Below are positions 62,541-64,000 of a stretch of 64,000 nt of DNA, in pieces (within the stretch, counting starts at the first letter, position 1; the number at the start of each line of letters is the position of its first letter). The position numbers were made by a program, and so were the translations under genes. The DNA comes from Camelus ferus (taxonomy: Eukaryota): the NCBI RefSeq assembly GCF_009834535.1, contig NC_045696.1, positions 54,190,001 through 54,254,000 on the forward strand. The letters run 5' to 3'. The notes under the pieces are model-generated. The model did no database searches and was not told the DNA's origin. It saw only the letters and a program-made list of their open reading frames with translations.

Positions 62541-64000
62541 TAAGCAACTAAGCAACTGACTTAAAGCTCTAAGCTTCTAAAACTTAATACAATAACTTGT
62601 ACAGGTTTGCTCTGCAAATAAGTATTAGTTTTCATTTTTTCTTACATAATTTCCAGGAGCAACAACTGTATGCTATTTATCTCTATTTTTCATAGTGCCT
62701 AGAAAAGGGCTGAAAACATTAAAAAAAAATGAACACATATTGACAGATCAACTATCAGGATGAGAATTACATCCAGGAGAAATTAGACAGTAAGAATGTT
62801 TCCACTCAACTTTTCCACTTCCAGTTCTGTGTGGGAACCCGAGAGGACACTGCTTTCAGCCTGGATCACAGGAGAGACCCTCCCAACAGGATTCTACAGA
62901 TTGAACTTGACGCATAGGCATGAACTTTCCAGACTCATCCCAAGGCCACCTGATTAACCAAAGGTCCAGAAAGTATCTCCAGAAGAAAGATTTAAGGGAG
63001 CTGGGGAAGTGGAAGACAAGTTCCCTGAAGTTCCTGGCATCTGCCTGAGGGCACAGCTGGAGGTATTAATAATCATTTCCCTCATCAGACCACAGAAAAT
63101 GAGCATGGAGTGAGAGAGAGAGAGAGAAAAAAAAAAAAAAACAAGTGTTTTGCTGCCTCCTGTTTGAATTAATCTCTTCTGACAACTGCTGATTTGGGTT
63201 TGTGATCCTATCCTCCATATGTCTAGCTCTATTGGTCAATTAAGTGCAGAGAGTGATTGGCGGAAGCAGTGATGCTCTGCTTGATTACAGGAGGAGGTGT
63301 CACGCAGGATTCAGAACATGCAAAGCAGCCCATAGAGTCGGGCTTAAATGGAACTAAGCAGAGCAAGGGTGGTGGCCGGATACTGACAGGAGGGTGAGGG
63401 AGAGTCAGGGAACCTCAGTGTTCAGAGGGCTCTTGAAGCCAGCTGGACAACAGTCAGCTTCCCACGAGAAATAAACAAGTTCTGGAGAATTATTTAAGGG
63501 ATCCAAGGCTGGTGCAAAGTTAAGTCCCCTATCAACCACTCCACATCTGATTCTTCCAGATTGTCCAATTAATAAACCACTTTTGATAAGATGTCACAAT
63601 ATTTAAAACAGGAAATAACGTGGTATTTAACTTGGAGAGGACAACTTATACATTTGAAGAGATCGTCTAAAATAGAGTTAAGAACTGGAACAGGAGGACA
63701 CTTAAGTGAGAGGAAAACAATGTAGGAGCGATAAAGTGCACACATGACTGTGCAATAACGACAACACTCTGGAAGTGTGAGTTCTAGTCCTCCCTCTGCT
63801 AATGGCTTGTTGGTTACTTTGCATCAAGAAGCTTCTTTTCTTCATTGTCACCTCCTAATTTTCAAGGAGGCTGATGAAGGCAGCGGGGCATTGTGTAGTC
63901 TCAAAAATACAAAATCAAACTTGACCTCACAGCTCCGGAGAATGTTTTGACTGCAGCGATGGCAGCCCCCAATTTTTTTTATGAGTTTAATACTGAAGTA

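Noticed and set aside
1..64000. The many 60-145 aa entries in the ORF track as genes
   Set aside because: This is eukaryotic intronic/intergenic DNA. Many of the ORFs use GTG/TTG starts, overlap repeats or low-complexity tracts, and show no recognisable domains. Only the L1 ORF1 pieces are real homologies.

Overview
AT-rich, repeat-dense mammalian genomic DNA, most likely camelid (alpaca/llama/camel). That assignment rests on two tRNA-derived SINEs carrying the GGGGAGGTAATTAGGTTT tail motif that I recognise as the camelid vic-1 type. There is no intact protein-coding gene and no prokaryotic feature such as an operon or CRISPR array, and almost all entries in the ORF track are chance ORFs. The dominant feature is a TSD-flanked 3.0-kb LINE-1 (34299-37342). 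It has a complete CpG-rich 5'UTR, a lightly disabled ORF1 and a 3'UTR/poly(A), but its inter-ORF spacer is joined directly to the last ~120 codons of ORF2, so the endonuclease and RT domains are missing (half-L1 or spliced-L1 architecture). Other repeats: five ~200-bp L1 3'-end insertions all truncated at nearly the same point, a tailless 5S rRNA retropseudogene, Tigger/hAT DNA-transposon relics, an MLT1-like LTR, and many MIR/L2 fragments. The first 17 kb has several plus-strand exon candidates of a gene I cannot identify, including a 69-nt cassette-like exon followed by an unexplained degenerate direct/inverted repeat array (3.03-3.74 kb). A pair of minus-strand non-coding exon candidates lies near 44 kb. 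Repeat family names come from my recall of consensus sequences and need RepeatMasker/Dfam confirmation. I see no convincing new biological system; the best leads are retrotransposon-mechanism observations and the repeat array.
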